64,000 bases of DNA from Auanema rhodensis (GCA_964057225.1 OZ059895.1:7254001-7318000), one strand, 5' to 3'. Shown: positions 37,471-51,255, counted from the stretch's first letter. The notes: generated by a model not told the origin, from the letters alone. Translations and numbers: made by a program.

Positions 37471-37714
37471 TTAATAGTTTCCATGGAGACCGTCGTATCT
37501 CGAACTCTGACGGTTGTTGTAGATGGCAGCTTGTGGCAATGGGTCTGATAATACGTCTCTCCCATCGAAGACTTGTCTGCATTGGGTAGGGCACACCTAA
37601 AACGTTTTTGTTTTGAAATCCTGAATTTGTGCTGATTAGACTTACTCTCATACTGAATGGGCGGGTAGAATGCTTAACAATTTGGCCACGATTCAATTGG
37701 TTTGTGTTTACAAA
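37471..37714 (-). CDS. Alternative distal terminal exons of the DOMON gene (isoform B)
   Basis: tatag|37714-37646 encodes FVNTNQLNRGQIVKHSTRPFSMR, then a 49-nt GTAAGT..TTTTAG intron, then 37596-37471 encodes VCPTQCRQVF...GLHGNY*. Phase 0, matching the TWN| donor at 38233. Confidence 0.7.
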
Positions 37715-37996
37715 CTATAAAGTTTGAATTTGCATAAAAAATAAGTAGTAGGCAACTTCATATCAATCTTCGTTCAAACTACATGCTGTGAAGAAGAAAG
37801 GTGATTACCCGAATCAACAAAATGATGTGACCACAAATAGTCATAGGCAAGTAATTAATAATTTTTAGAACATTTAGAATTTTAGAGACGAGAAAAGGGA
37901 AATAAACCTTGAAAAAACAGAAAATAGAACATGCAGGTTACAGAAGAAGAGAAAGAAAAACAAATCAAGAAAAAATAGTGTAATAGTGCCGATACT

Positions 37997-39048
37997 TTAA
38001 TTGGAACGCTTGCGGCACTTACGAGGGCAAACTTCTACTCCGATTGGTGATGATCTATGATATCCGACATCTTCATCTTCGTAATGACCGTTGGCAATGA
38101 ACTAAAAAGAGAAAGCCTAGAAGAAAAGGAAAAGAGAAGAGACTGGGTAGTGAAATCAGTCCAAGGCAGATGCGTGCATATATCATGCAAACGATACCAT
38201 GCAAAAATGAAAGTTTTTTAAATTTAACTTACATTCCAAGTCATACAGCTAGATAGATCGCTGTTACGAGGACCATTAGATCCCAAAGGACGAGTGAAAC
38301 GAGTAGCAAGTTGATTACCTCAAATAGTTAAAATAATATCCTTTTTTAGACACAAATGTGTATTTTTTCTTATAATATTTTCGGAATATTTTACTTACTG
38401 TTATACATGACTCTTTCAGGAACAACACTGACAGTTGAGTCCAAGGTTGGTGGTCCGTATCCCTTGGTGAAGCCAGTTTTAATTGAGGCTTTGTTGTTTT
38501 CGATGGTGAAAAGTACAACTTCCAAGTCACTCTGCAAAAAAACTTCTCAGGAAAGTTTGCAAAGAATCGAGCTTTTTTTGGCGCAAACGAAGAAATTATT
38601 CCGTGTTCAGGACCAGAGTCTGAATGAAATCTTGTCCTCTTTCCTTCTATCTTTTACGTAAAAAGAGAAGAAAAAAAAGGAAATGTGATGATGATTTAGC
38701 ATTTTCTTCTTGATAAAGATATCGTTGTGATAATTTCATCAATCTCTGGTTTTCTTTTTTTTTCCGGAAACGACTCAAGAACTAGGTATAATTTACGGTT
38801 CGCCCAAAATGTATAACGTAAACGTACCATGCTTTCTCCAAAAGCGATAGCTGTCCATTGGTTGTTACCAATATTCTTATTAATAAATTGTACAGTAAGC
38901 TCATTATTCACAACCTGAACGCTATGTTACAAATTTTATAAATTAACAATTAAGTTACCTGCCACCGAGCTGAGATATCACCACTCTCAAAAGAACATTG
39001 AGCTGTAACCGAGGATACAAAAAGAGCAGCCAATAAAAAGCGTAGCAT
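37997..39048 (-). CDS. Secreted DOMON-domain protein, isoform A (proximal last exon)
   Basis: Signal peptide MLRFLLAALFVSSVTAQC, then ARWQ|VVNNELTVQF...WTAIAFGESM|SDLEVVLF...GYGPPTLD...RFTRPL...CMTWN|FIANGHYEDEDVGYHRSSPIGVEVCPRKCRKRSN*. Confidence 0.85.
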
Positions 39049-40602
39049 CTACAAACAAATTATAAGGCTCGAAAGAAACAATCAAAGATATTTCAATAGA
39101 GTAAAGTTCATGGTAAATTATCTCGAAAAAATGACTGACAACTATGGTACCACGCTCTACGCACTTCAGGTTTATTTGATAAATCAGCGCGATTGCTAGA
39201 AACCTAGATGAAGCGCGCCAGTTATGGAAGAGAAACAGATGAACCAGATGTGATAAAAAGATAGCCGGAGAGATGCATGCTACTAATTCTTAAAATCTAA
39301 GAAATATCATGACACGTTAGCAACAATTGCTAATAGCTCCTCCCTTCTTTTTTCAATTTCTCTCAGCTATCTACCTGTTTCTCTTGATTTTCTACAATCT
39401 ATCACAGCTTCAGGAAAGAAACGAGAACGAAGAGACAATACCGTTAAGAAATCATATACGATTAAGCTTATTTCGTTCTTATATCTATGAAATGATCACA
39501 GGTTCAGAAGGCACCTGGTTTGGAAGCCTGCTGTTAGTTGTCTAAGTGATATTGAAGATAATAGATGAACATTGGACAATAATTCGTTGTGAAAAAATTA
39601 TTGGGGGTTTAAATAGTTAAAAACACAAAATTATAGAAAATAAGGTTTCGCTTTAGAACAAAAAATTGAATTTTTTATTTTTAAAGAAAATTTTCGAAAG
39701 TTGTTCGGAATTTCGCCAAAACTGTCTTTCCTATTTATACTTAGTTAGAGCCTTCACAACTTCTAACTTCAGAAGATGTTTGGCGGGATCTATCTATTAA
39801 GAGTTTTTGGAAATTTGGCACATGGTTACAGAGCTAACAGACTGAGAAGAAGTAAATAGATAAGTTGCGGAAGGAGGCCGTTTTCACTTTATATATATAC
39901 TTGCTCTCGACCTCCCGGTATTCTGGGGGCGGAGAGAATGCGTTGATACAATGAATCAGGCAAAAACGACCGGGAACCAGGAACCATATAGAACAACGAA
40001 AGCTTGTAACAAGGATTGTCACCAGAATCGCAGGTGAAAGTCCTCATGACTTTCATAAAATTTTTTCATTTGTTCGCCAACAATGTGTTCGTATTATTCA
40101 GTAAGAAAGAAAATCAGTCACTGAATTGATTAAAAGAACAAGTTACATATCAATAAGCACCTATGCATTTTAAGTTTTTCAATAACCTTCTATCTTTTCT
40201 GAAGGACTAGATATTACCATTTAAGAATGATTGGCAAACCAATATTTGACGATCGCATTCCAGAAATGTGATGCAGTTTTCTTGAATGGTCTAAAATATA
40301 TGAAATTGTTTAATTATTTGTTTAACAAAAATGTTTTAAAACAAACGGCGACTCACATTCATCGTCATCTTACATGTCATCACCGTTCAGCCGAAAAGGC
40401 CTATAATTCTAGGTGGTCGTTTTATTCCTTACTGTTAACAAATAATTCGCGGTCATATTTATGAGCGGATTCAAAAAAATGTTTATTACAGAAAGTTTTA
40501 ATCACATTCTTAACCCGTACGCATATAAAAAACAGTTTAAAAGTCAAAGCTCAGGTAAACACATTAATGAACCAGAGGAAGTTTAGAGAATAAATATAAT
40601 AT

Positions 40603-41345
40603 CTACAAATAAAGTGGTTGACTTGCCAACGTTCTTACAATCCATCGAACGCAGCGATCAATGTTTGTTCCTTCAATAGCGGACACAGGAATAACAGCCA
40701 AATCGCCAGTATGATGATCATCGTGTAATTTTAAACGTATCTAAACAAGTTAGGTTCATAAAAGCTTGAAAAAAATTAAAAACCTCGGCAGCCGGAGCTG
40801 CTCCATCCATTTCGCTTTTGTTGACGGCTACCAGCATGGGCATTTGCTGAATGAGTTCATTTGACATAACTTCGTCTAAACTGACAATATAATCAAAATA
40901 TAAACAACATTCCTTACTGAAAACATTAGCAACTGTATCGAATTGATCACTTCGCGTGGCATCAACCACAAATATCATAGCATTTGCCTCACTATAGTAA
41001 GTACTCCACAATGACCTGAGATCTTCTTGTCCACCCAAATCCCAAAAATTCAAGCACGTATTGTTCAATTCAATTTTTCCAACTATGAGTAACAGTTAAA
41101 ATAATTATTAGTTATACTTACTATTAAGACCGACTGTGCTAGTGATTTTAGATGGATTAACCATGCCATAATCTTTTATAAAATGAGATTTTGTTTGTTC
41201 GAGGAATGTCTGAATTGAAAAATTATTTAGTTATAATTAAGCAATATATTACCGTTTTCCCAGCATTATCCAGCCCAACGATTAAGACATAATAATCTTT
41301 TTTCTTAAAGAATTTTTCCCAGAGTCCAGCAGAAAGTGTGTACAT
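40603..41345 (-). CDS. ARFRP1: ADP-ribosylation factor-related protein 1 (ARFRP1/Arl3p)
   Basis: MYTLSAGLW start (Tyr2, no myristoylation Gly), GLDNAGKT, TVGLNIG, WDLGGQEDLRSLW, NKSE, SAIEG. Confidence 0.93.
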
Positions 41346-41697
41346 AACATCAGTACATTAAAATATTCTGATACTAAAAAGAAATCAGAATATTCCACTT
41401 TAAGCTATATCTATGCAAGAAACACAGTTTGTAATTATAAAAGACTTAAAATATATTGTCAATGTGTCAGATTAAAAATTTTCCGGACGGGACCAAATTC
41501 CAAATTTGTACGCTAAAAAAATATTTCTGCCGTTAAATAATTATGTTTTGATGCTTCTGCTGGTGCTGAGAAGGAATATTTGTATTTTCATATTATATTG
41601 AACAAAGCTTAATAAAACGTTTTAAATGTAACTGTATAACATTCTGTGAAAAAAAATAAAAGAATCCAATTATCTAATAATTTTTTTCATATTTTAG

Positions 41698-42398
41698 ATG
41701 TTTTTTCACTTGGCTTTAGAACATGAAGTATGCTTGCATCCTAAATATTTTGGACCTAATTTAAACGAAACAATTAAAATGAAATTATTTAATGAAGTAA
41801 GTAATATTTCTTTCTATAAATTTCAAGAATATGTTCAAAGGTAGAAGGCACATGTACAGGAAAACATGGATTTGTGATAGCAGTTACTACAATTGATACA
41901 ATTGGCCACGGAATCATTCAACCTGGTAGTGTTTTATTTAGTATTATAATTATATTATTATTTCTTTGAGGTAGAGGATTTGTAATTTACCCAGTAAAGT
42001 ATAAAGCTATTGTTTTCCGACCATTCAAAGGACAAGTGGTTGATGCAGTTGTTAACCAGGTACGTTATTTATTCACAATCTTTTGCAAAGAATTTGATGG
42101 GCAGGTCAACAAAGTTGGAATTTTCTGTGACGTTGGACCTCTATCTTGTTTCATATCCCGGCATTGTATTCCTCCGGATATGGAATTTGATCCTAACTCT
42201 AATCCGCCATGTTATAAAACTCAAGATGAATCTGTTGTTATCAAGCAGGATGATGAAATTAGGGTACTTTTATTATTTTGTTTAATGTTAGTTTTTTTTC
42301 TTAAGGTTAAACTTATTGGTACTCGAGTTGATGCTAACGATATTTTTGCCATAGGAACTTTAATGGATGACTATCTTGGACTTTGCGCAACAGAATAA
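41698..42398 (+). CDS. rpb-7: RNA polymerase II subunit RPB7
   Basis: [20 protein letters not shown]...[14 protein letters not shown]...[13 protein letters not shown]...[13 protein letters not shown]. Confidence 0.97.
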
Positions 42399-42527
42399 TC
42401 TTTGTTATATATTATTTTTTACTAAATCTTGATCTCCTAAGTTTTTCATAATTGTTTAGGGGTATTGACCCTCTTTTATCTTGGTAACCTTGGATATTAA
42501 AAATTTAATTTAGTTTATAGACTAATA

Positions 42528-43274
42528 ATGGGATTCAAGGATTGGGCTATGTTTGATGAAATCCGGCGAATGGATGTACGTCAAATCATATATCAGGTGC
42601 GTAATTTTTACTTGGTTTTTAATTCGTTTATGTTTTTCTCTCTTAATGAGTGTATGATTGAAGGGTTTGAATTTTGCTATGGTAGTTTCATCCGCTCTGA
42701 TGATCTGGAAAGGTCTTATGGTAGTTACCGGGTCTGAGAGTCCTGTTGTCGTTGTATTATCGGGTAAATTCGTGACTTTTTTCTTTCTTGATTTGTTGTA
42801 AATAGGATCTATGGAACCAGCTTTCTATCGTGGAGATCTTCTTTTATTGACCAATGATTATGCTGACCCTATCCGAACTGGTGATATTACTGTTTTTAAA
42901 ATTGACGGTCGTGATATACCCATTGTGCATCGTGTTATTAAGGTGTGTTCTGTTTTTTCTATTTCAGAACCTATTTTATAATTTCAGGTTCACGAAAAAG
43001 ACAACATGAACACTAAATTCTTAACAAAGGGAGATAACAACCAAGTTGATGATCGTGGTCTTTATGCACCTGGACAATCTTGGCTTACTCGTTCAGATGT
43101 CGTTGGCAGAACTAAAGGTATTCTTCCCTATGTCGGAATGGTCAGTTAGTTTTTTCTAACAAAAAAAAGTAAAACTTGTTTCAGGTGACTATTCTCATGA
43201 ATGATTATCCAAAGTTGAAATTCGCTATATTGGGCGTTTTAGCTTTATTCGTAATTCTTCACAGAGAAAAATAA
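42528..43274 (+). CDS. SEC11: Signal peptidase complex catalytic subunit SEC11
   Basis: [63 protein letters not shown]. Confidence 0.97.
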
Positions 43275-43386
43275 ATTTTCTCTTTCTTTCTCACGTGTTT
43301 TTGTTTATAACTTATTGGTTCTATAATTTGGGGGTATCTTGAATGAATATTTATTTAATTTAATTAAGTTTAATACAATCATATAT

Positions 43387-44945
43387 TTAATCAAGTTCTT
43401 CGATATCGATCATTCCACTTGGAGCAGACGGTGGATGTCGAGGCTAAAAAAATGATTATTACATTTGTTTTATTGAAATATCACTTACATTACTATTAGT
43501 CCACACAGAAGTGTCAACCATTTGCCTGAATTATATAATATAAGAAAACCAATCAGCAATACTCACCTGCATATAGGACAAGAACGTTGTTGTTTCAACC
43601 AGGGTTCAACGCATTGGTGATGAAAAATATGTTTACAGTTTAGTTCGGCGACGGTTTCATCTATACAATGCATTTTAAATAGCGTATTTTTGTCATTTGT
43701 ACCTAATTTGAACGTGTCAAAGCAAGTTGAGCATTGAGTTTCTTTTTCCACGTGTCCTTGGTTAACCTAATATCAATAAGAATCAAAATATGCCAAAAAG
43801 AAATTAAACCTTTATCATAGGGATATTTCCAAGTTCTTGTTCCGTGAGACCATTTTGAGGATGCTCTACCTGAAGTAACTTTTAAATAGAATATTAAATA
43901 AAGGTGCTTACAGCATTCCACAAGTCTTGCATTATACGATCCATGTTACTAAAAACCATATCATCCCCAAGTCTAAAGATAACAACATAATAAGAAATAG
44001 AATATGAAATAAACCTTATTCGACGACGTTCTGGTCCCATCTGTATTTCAAAAGACAAATTTGGTCGTTGTCCATTAAATATCTCTTCCATTGACACCTA
44101 AATTATGACTCTTAAGTCAACAATCATTTGCAAATTGAAAACATACTGGTCTTATAGTAGGACTATCTAAACTATTAAGATTAAAAAATATCCCCATAGG
44201 AGGAGCAGGGCCACGATTCTAAATGTTTTTTTGAACAGAAATACCGGAAATTATTCTATTTACCTGTTGATTAGTCCATGCAAATTCTTCCGTTGGCGGG
44301 TTTGGGTTTGGGTTTGGGTTTGCAGCATTGGTTCCTTGCTGCTCTGCACCATTGCCAGCTCCCGCAGCAGCTGCTTGCGTTGCTGCTGCTGGAGCTTCCT
44401 CGACATCAACTCTCATGACACCTTGATTTAAAACTCTCAAAACGTTACCCTAAAAAGAACGATTAACTTCAAATTATACGATATGATGTATAACAATACC
44501 AATATTGAGCCTGGAGTCGTAGGATTAACAGGAGCCGATGGATCTTGGGGAGGATCTGTTAACGCTCTAAGTGTATTGTTAAGTATGTGTCGGATATTCT
44601 GAAAGAATTATTATATTACTTATGCATAACAAAACAAACTCGAGGAAACACAGGAATGTTGATGTTCGCATTATTATTTGAAGCTGTATTATTACCTTGA
44701 GCGTTAGGTCTGTTCACCCCTCCTCTGAATCCGTGCTCTGAAAGGAATCACAAACATTGATGCTACTATATAATAAACAAGCCTGTTGGAATACTGCTTG
44801 ATGGAACATGCTCAATGAATTCACTACCGCATGAGAAACAAGATTGCTAAGAGATTCATGTATTTAGTGTATATATTGGTAAACATACCCGAATATCTAA
44901 TGTTGCACGACGACATTCATGGCACATTGTGGCCGTCGACGACAT
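43387..44945 (-). CDS. RNF115/RNF126-like RING-H2 E3 ubiquitin ligase
   Basis: N-terminal zinc finger CHEC...[10 protein letters not shown] and C-terminal RING-H2 CSTCFDTF...[24 protein letters not shown]. Confidence 0.88.
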
Positions 44946-45158
44946 TTTATAATATACAACTAAAAAAAATAGTAACACATTTATATGTGAAAATGAAAAG
45001 ATAGCTAGCTGTGATTCCACAGTTCATAAGGGTAACAAACGTGTTCTGCATGATATTCATTAACAACAAAACAACTTAAACATTTGGCGTTGACCAACAA
45101 CAACGATAACAGATAAACAGAAAAAAGTTAACAATATATATATATGAGTAAGTATGCT

Positions 45159-46926
45159 TTATTTCCTACGACTACCTCTACTCTCATTAGGATTCTTTCT
45201 TTTCCCATTTTTATTCAGATTTCTTATACCCAACATTGCAGATCTGAAAATCAGTATATTTTCAAATTTTCTAAGAGAACGGTTTACCTAGAATTAATAT
45301 CATGCATAGAAAATGGACCATCAGCTAAAGGGTCTGTTCTAACTTTGGCCATACGGTTTTGAGGCATGCGTTGATCTTCGAATAATTTTTCATTAGCCTA
45401 AAAAAAATATTTAAAATTTAATAAAAAGCTGCACGTATCAAGGTAGAAAAAAATTTGTTAAACGTTTAAAAAAATCATACGTTTTCTGAAAGGATTATCA
45501 GTTTATCACAACCGCATCGGGTAATATGCTCAATAAAAATGACGCGTATTCACGTCGCTTTTTCAAAAGAGCCACAAAATTGGAATATTGAAATAGTTTA
45601 AAAAAATCAATGAGGAAATAAAATATTATTGTTTTTAAAAAAATGAGATAGATAAATAAATATCAGAAAAGAAAATAAATTGAAACATACAGCATGTTTT
45701 CCACCTTTTGGAGCAGCAAGACTATATTTGAGTCCCCTTTTGTTGTGCAAGCGATTCCAGTTAATATGTAAAACTTGCTCTCCATTTTCATCAACTGATA
45801 CAGCACACTAAAAAACAAAAAGCGTTTTGATATTTTTTAAAAATATACCTTATGAAGAGACTTATTACCACAAGCAGGACAAAACTCTTTCACCATATTA
45901 GTTGTAGTACTAAAGCAGGCTCGGCATCTAAGAAAGAGAATTTATGAGATGATAAAAAAAATCTAACCTCAATAAGAATGATTTCAATTTACGAATTCTA
46001 TATCCAGTTAACGACACGAGGCCAAGATGCATACTGAGTAAAACATTTTGCAAAGCAAAATCAGTAGTTAAACATCCGACAACCAATTCTTCAGACACCT
46101 TAAAAAGGCTGTACAATTGCAAAAATTTCAATACTAACTTCGAAAGCTCCCATTTTTTTTAAAGCATCAGCTATATTATCCTCATTGATCCAACCTTCTT
46201 CATCATCACTATCAGCCTAAATGCTTATTAGAGTTTATGAGTAGGGGAGATTTTTTTCCTTACATCTTCACAGAATCCTTCTGGCAATTTTTCTTTATCA
46301 TTCTCTACGACTTCTTCATCTGTCATTTCTGTCTCTTCTTGAAGCTTAACAAAACAATATAATACATACACTTTGAATACAATACCTTTGTTTTTTCTTG
46401 TAATGCTTCCGTTATCTCCTGGATTTCAGTTTCTGTAACCTAAAATGTATCAAAACATTTTTACCTTTGGAAAATAATGAAAGGTACCTCGTTTTGTGCT
46501 TTATTTTGAAATCTATTTGCTAACTCAAATGTTAATGCAAGAACTTTCATATCAGGAGTTGAAAGTGATTTATAGTCTCCTGTTTTTTGGGAAGCATCAA
46601 TGACTAAATTACAATGCTAATGTAAAACAAGCAATATTGCTCACCTGCTTTAATTGATGAATGGGAAGGCTCTTGAATTTTCACGACAAAGGGTAACTTT
46701 TCATAACTAGCAAGAGCTTTCTTAGATTTTAGTTCTACAATTACTTCAGGTGGAGCATAATAATTATCGGCAATTTGCTTAAAAAATGATATAGAAAATT
46801 AACTATTATGATGCATACATGTAAGTTAACATTAGCGATAATAGCACCAGTATCCAGGACTAAATGTTGCACTAATTTTTGTGATCCTCGCTTCTGTCCT
46901 TCTGGGATACTCTTGTCGTTTTCCAT
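45159..46926 (-). CDS. NOB1: 20S pre-rRNA endonuclease NOB1
   Basis: PIN domain HLVLDTGAII...KTGDYKSLSTPDMKVLAL, GWINEDN, CLTTDFALQNVLL, and zinc ribbon CRACF...FCPACGNKSL. Confidence 0.93.
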
Positions 46927-47632
46927 TATTATTCTATAAAAGGTAATTTTTACAAGTTATTAATTTAACAATTACATGTATTATTTCTGAAAAACACAAT
47001 AGAAAACAAACGTTGTAATACTTCTTACAGCTTATAAGTTCTTCTAATGATCAAAACTGAAAGGTGACATAATATAAGGATTTTATTCAAGAACTCACGA
47101 GAAAATGCGGAAATTGCGTCAAGCCGGCTGACGTATTTTACGTGTATTTCATTCATTAAATTGGCTTGTTTTGAAAGTTGTTATTCATTAGTAATAATTG
47201 ATCCAAATAAGCTGTAAAATGATATTCAACAAATTCAATAAAGCTTGCTACATATTATCTAAGTAATAAGACATTGTCAATGGTATGACAACATAGTTTA
47301 CTTTCTTGTATTAAAGTTAACAACTCATAATTACTATATTTGCCTTAGTTTCTTGAATGTTGCCAGCTATCCTCCTTCCCTATTCTGAACCAAAGATGAT
47401 TATTTGATGAACCATTAATTTTTAGTGGTTTTCTTACTGTTTAATTTTAAATAATTAAATTATATTCTTTGGTTTGCGAAAAAAACACTGAAAATTGCTA
47501 AAATTATAATATATAACATGAAAAATGATTTTCAGATGTCATATTAGCTACACGATTTTGTTTTGTTGAGGAATCCACATTTATGCTTGCCTAATATACA
47601 CGTATAAGCCGTAAAGCTATTGTACATACAAA

Positions 47633-50600
47633 ATGCGAGTTGATCTTCATCCGGTATATTTGATTTCGTTAGAATATCATTCGCTTTTTAACGTCGATAT
47701 TAGTAATAAAGGATACTATCAGGTAAAAGATAATTTTATATTATAATACTTCGGTATACTGTAGATACGTTTATCTTCAAAACCTTCCAATGCATTTTCT
47801 TCAATTGATATACGGTGTCTGGAAAAAAATAATTCTGAAAGTTCAATTTTGCCTTTCGCAGTTTGTAATGGAATAGCTATAAGCAGAACTGTTGAATTGA
47901 CATTCGTTGAAGAACTTTTGAAGATAGGTGAGACTTGTCATATGTATTTAGTTTTAGTTGTAATTTTAGGTGATACATTTCATATCAAAGTTCAATTAGC
48001 CCCACAAAACAATTTTTCTAAGCCGGTTCGCTTACAATTCAACATAGAGTTATGGTATGTTCATTCGTTTGTTTGTTGTGTAATCCATCATCCCATTAGG
48101 TCTATGAGTTGTAGTAGGCCTCCTCGGCTAGACTTGTTTGAGATGGATTCTTGCCGTTCCATTGAAATTGAACTTAATCCCACAAGGTATTTAAAATCTT
48201 GTGAAGATATATCCCTCACTTTCAGATTAACCGCGGTTTCTCGATTTATTAGCTTTGACTATAAAGCTCCTTCAATCTTATCTTTATCTGTTTTTGTGTC
48301 ATTAGTTTCTATTATGCCGCGTAGAAGAAAATCGCCTCCTGATCCAGTATGCTATTTCCACCTTTTGGAATATATATTACATTCTGAACTTAATTCTAGC
48401 CAATATCTAACCGCTTACGGGAATATTATAAGAATATGACGAGTATACTACTGAAATCAATGAAATCTATTGAAATCTTCATAACACACTTTTCTAAACA
48501 TATAAATACAGTTGTAAAATTTGGTAAGGTTTGGTGATATCTATTATTGAATTATATTGAATAATTAAAGAAAATACGGATATTAGTACAGAAGAAGCCG
48601 TTTTGTTAGCCAACCTTGAATCATCAGGGCGGTCCTGGGTCACATTAGAAGTTACTGCTATAGAATTAAGTAACCGGTTGGATATAATTTTCAGACAGTT
48701 TTTGGATATCTTTTCTAGATCTCAAGGTTTTCTTATGTTAATATCAGTTATAAAAAGTATTATTTCAGATCTTCTCATGGAATTAAATCATCAATATTTT
48801 GAATGGAGACAACGTCTACTTGGAGAAGCATTTTTTTTCACTGAAAGACCTATAGAATCATTGAAATATGTTTTACCATATATGATACCTGATGTGAGGC
48901 GAATTATTTACTAGTACAATTTTTAGTTCTACGTTTTTAGCTTATTTCTCAATTGTTAAAAGGGAAATATATTAACAATCTAACTCAATATCCTGTTTCA
49001 TGTCCAGCAACCGATAGTCCATTCGAACTATGGTATGTCGGCCGATCTTTTCGATTTCTAATTTATTTCATTATTCTAGCTCTATAATTTTTGAAGAACG
49101 TTATGAGACAGGAACCAATATTTCACAGGATACCAGTTCTTCTGATGAAGTATCATATCAACTTGTACTTTATGCTATAATTCATGATTTTTAGCAAACA
49201 ACATCAAGAACGGACCAAGTTAATTTATTGAAGAGTAGCGGTTCTACGAAGTCATTACGCTTATTAAAGTTCCGAAGGAAAAGTGTTGATAGTCATGCAA
49301 ATAAGAGGCAAAACTTTTTTTTTTCTTTTTGGACAATATTTCTATTTGTAGAGTATCAAAACCTCGTTTAAGTGTCGATCTTGATGTCAACAACTGTTTG
49401 GTGAGCCCTAAATTTGATCAGGGTCATGGTGATCAGGGTAACTCATTTTTTGTTCAACATGTTTTTGTTCTTTTTTTCATAGAGTCTTCGAGCAATACAC
49501 AAAGTGAAAACTCGGAAACAAAAGCATGTTTTGCAACATATAATGTGCTGTCAACAGGTGACACGGTGTGTTTTTTTTTCTTCACAGAAACCATTAAATA
49601 ATATTCAGGACCAAATTATTAAATTGGTTGAGCTAGTAAAAGAACGGGAATCTATTAAACAGAAATTGAGATCCCATTTCGGATACGAAGGATTTCTTTA
49701 TAGGTTTCCTCTCCCTTTTAAGATTAAATGCTTCACATTATTTTCTAGTGAATTAGCTTGTCGATCATTAAGACCATCTCGATTTCCTTTCATAGACTCG
49801 AATAAAAAACGTTTAAGATATGAATCCCCACCACATCTTATTATTCTTGTTCATGGCTTAGAAGGTAAATACTCTCATAAAATTTGAATTTAACATTTAT
49901 GTAATAGGATCTTCCGATGACTTAATTTCATACAAAAATGCATTACGAAATGCTTCGCCTGATTCTTATTTTCAATTCTTGATGAGCTCATCAAATCAAA
50001 GACAAACATGGGCAGATTTCGAGACTCTTTCTTCAAATTTGTTGGGAGAAGTTAAGGATTTCGTTAACGATATGTCCCAACCTCCTGGACGCATAAGGTA
50101 TCTGACAGATTCATCAATTTTCCTCACATACTAATTAATGTTCTTTATTACATATCATTAAAAAAATTTCAGTTTTATTGCCCACTCAATGGGCGGGGTA
50201 ATCGTTCGAGCACTGTTGGGGTTAGCAGAGTCAGAATGGCTTTACCCAAAACTGCATACGTTTTTATCCATAAATTCTCCGCATATGGGTTTAGCATATG
50301 CAGGTCGGAGTATTAACTGGGGAGTTCAGTTAGTTCAATGGTACGTATACGCGAGAGTTGTTAAATATGTGAATAAGAAAAATACGAAAAAGAAGTTCTG
50401 GAAGTCTTATGACCTTCAGTTATGCCGATATCATTTTACCTTTTTTTAGGTGGAAAGGTTCAAAATCAATGGAACAACTGGCATTACGTGATGCTGTGTC
50501 TTTCAACGATTCTTATATAGTGAGACTGTCAGCTAACAAAGCTTTTGGACGGTTCAAGAATATTTTGTTGATCGGTTGTCCTTGTATGCATTTTGAACGT

Positions 50601-51255
50601 CTTTTTCTCAACACGAACAAAAACATTTATAGATGATTTGTTTGTACCACACCATTCTGCTTTGATTGATCAGTGTAAAACATCTTCAAAGGATGTATCT
50701 GCGTTGGGTTCAGCTTACAGGTCAGGCTCATAATACATGACGATATAATGATTTAATCAATATCGCTATCATCGTTTTTCCGTGCTGACGATCATGCTAA
50801 AGATTACAAACATCTGTGTAAATGAACGACCTTTTGTTTTCCCACAAGCAAGAATTTACGTGGTGGCATGACGATGAAGCGGCTGATCCCATGTTTTAGA
50901 TGAATGTTTGTTCTTTTTTCAGAGAAATGCTCGAAAATATCCATGGGGATATGCTGTCAAGCAAGATTACGGAAACTGTTGCCAAATTTTCTACATTTTA
51001 TAATGGAGTGTCAAATAAGACCAGCAAGATAGCGGGAAGAGCTGGTGGGTTAATGCAGTGCATATTGTTTTTCTGCTCGTTCGTTTTAGATCTTATCATA
51101 TAAAATTTGATTATTGATAAGACCATAGCGCGGAGACAAAGAAATGTCGACTAAAAAGTATACGCGTCATTTTTTCAGCACATCTAGCTGCAGTAGAAGA
51201 CGACATTTTCATCGAGAAACTTCTATCTATTTCAGCTTTGAGATACTTTGTATAA
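47633..51255 (+). CDS. FAM135-family protein with C-terminal putative lipase (DUF676) domain
   Basis: N-terminal FNVDISNKGYYQ|IRL; C-terminal HLIILVHGLEG, FLMSSSNQ, SFIAHSMGGVIVR, SINSPHMG, KIAGRA|AHLAAVEDDIFIEK. Confidence 0.88.

Noticed and set aside
44740-44782. Possible GC donor (CAG|GCTTGT) in the RNF115/126-like gene
   Set aside because: An in-frame GT donor 12 nt upstream also works, so the case is ambiguous.
45535-45549. 15-mer AAAAATGACGCGTAT shared in reverse with ~51160-51174
   Set aside because: The match does not extend, and isolated 15-mer matches are expected by chance in AT-rich 64-kb DNA.
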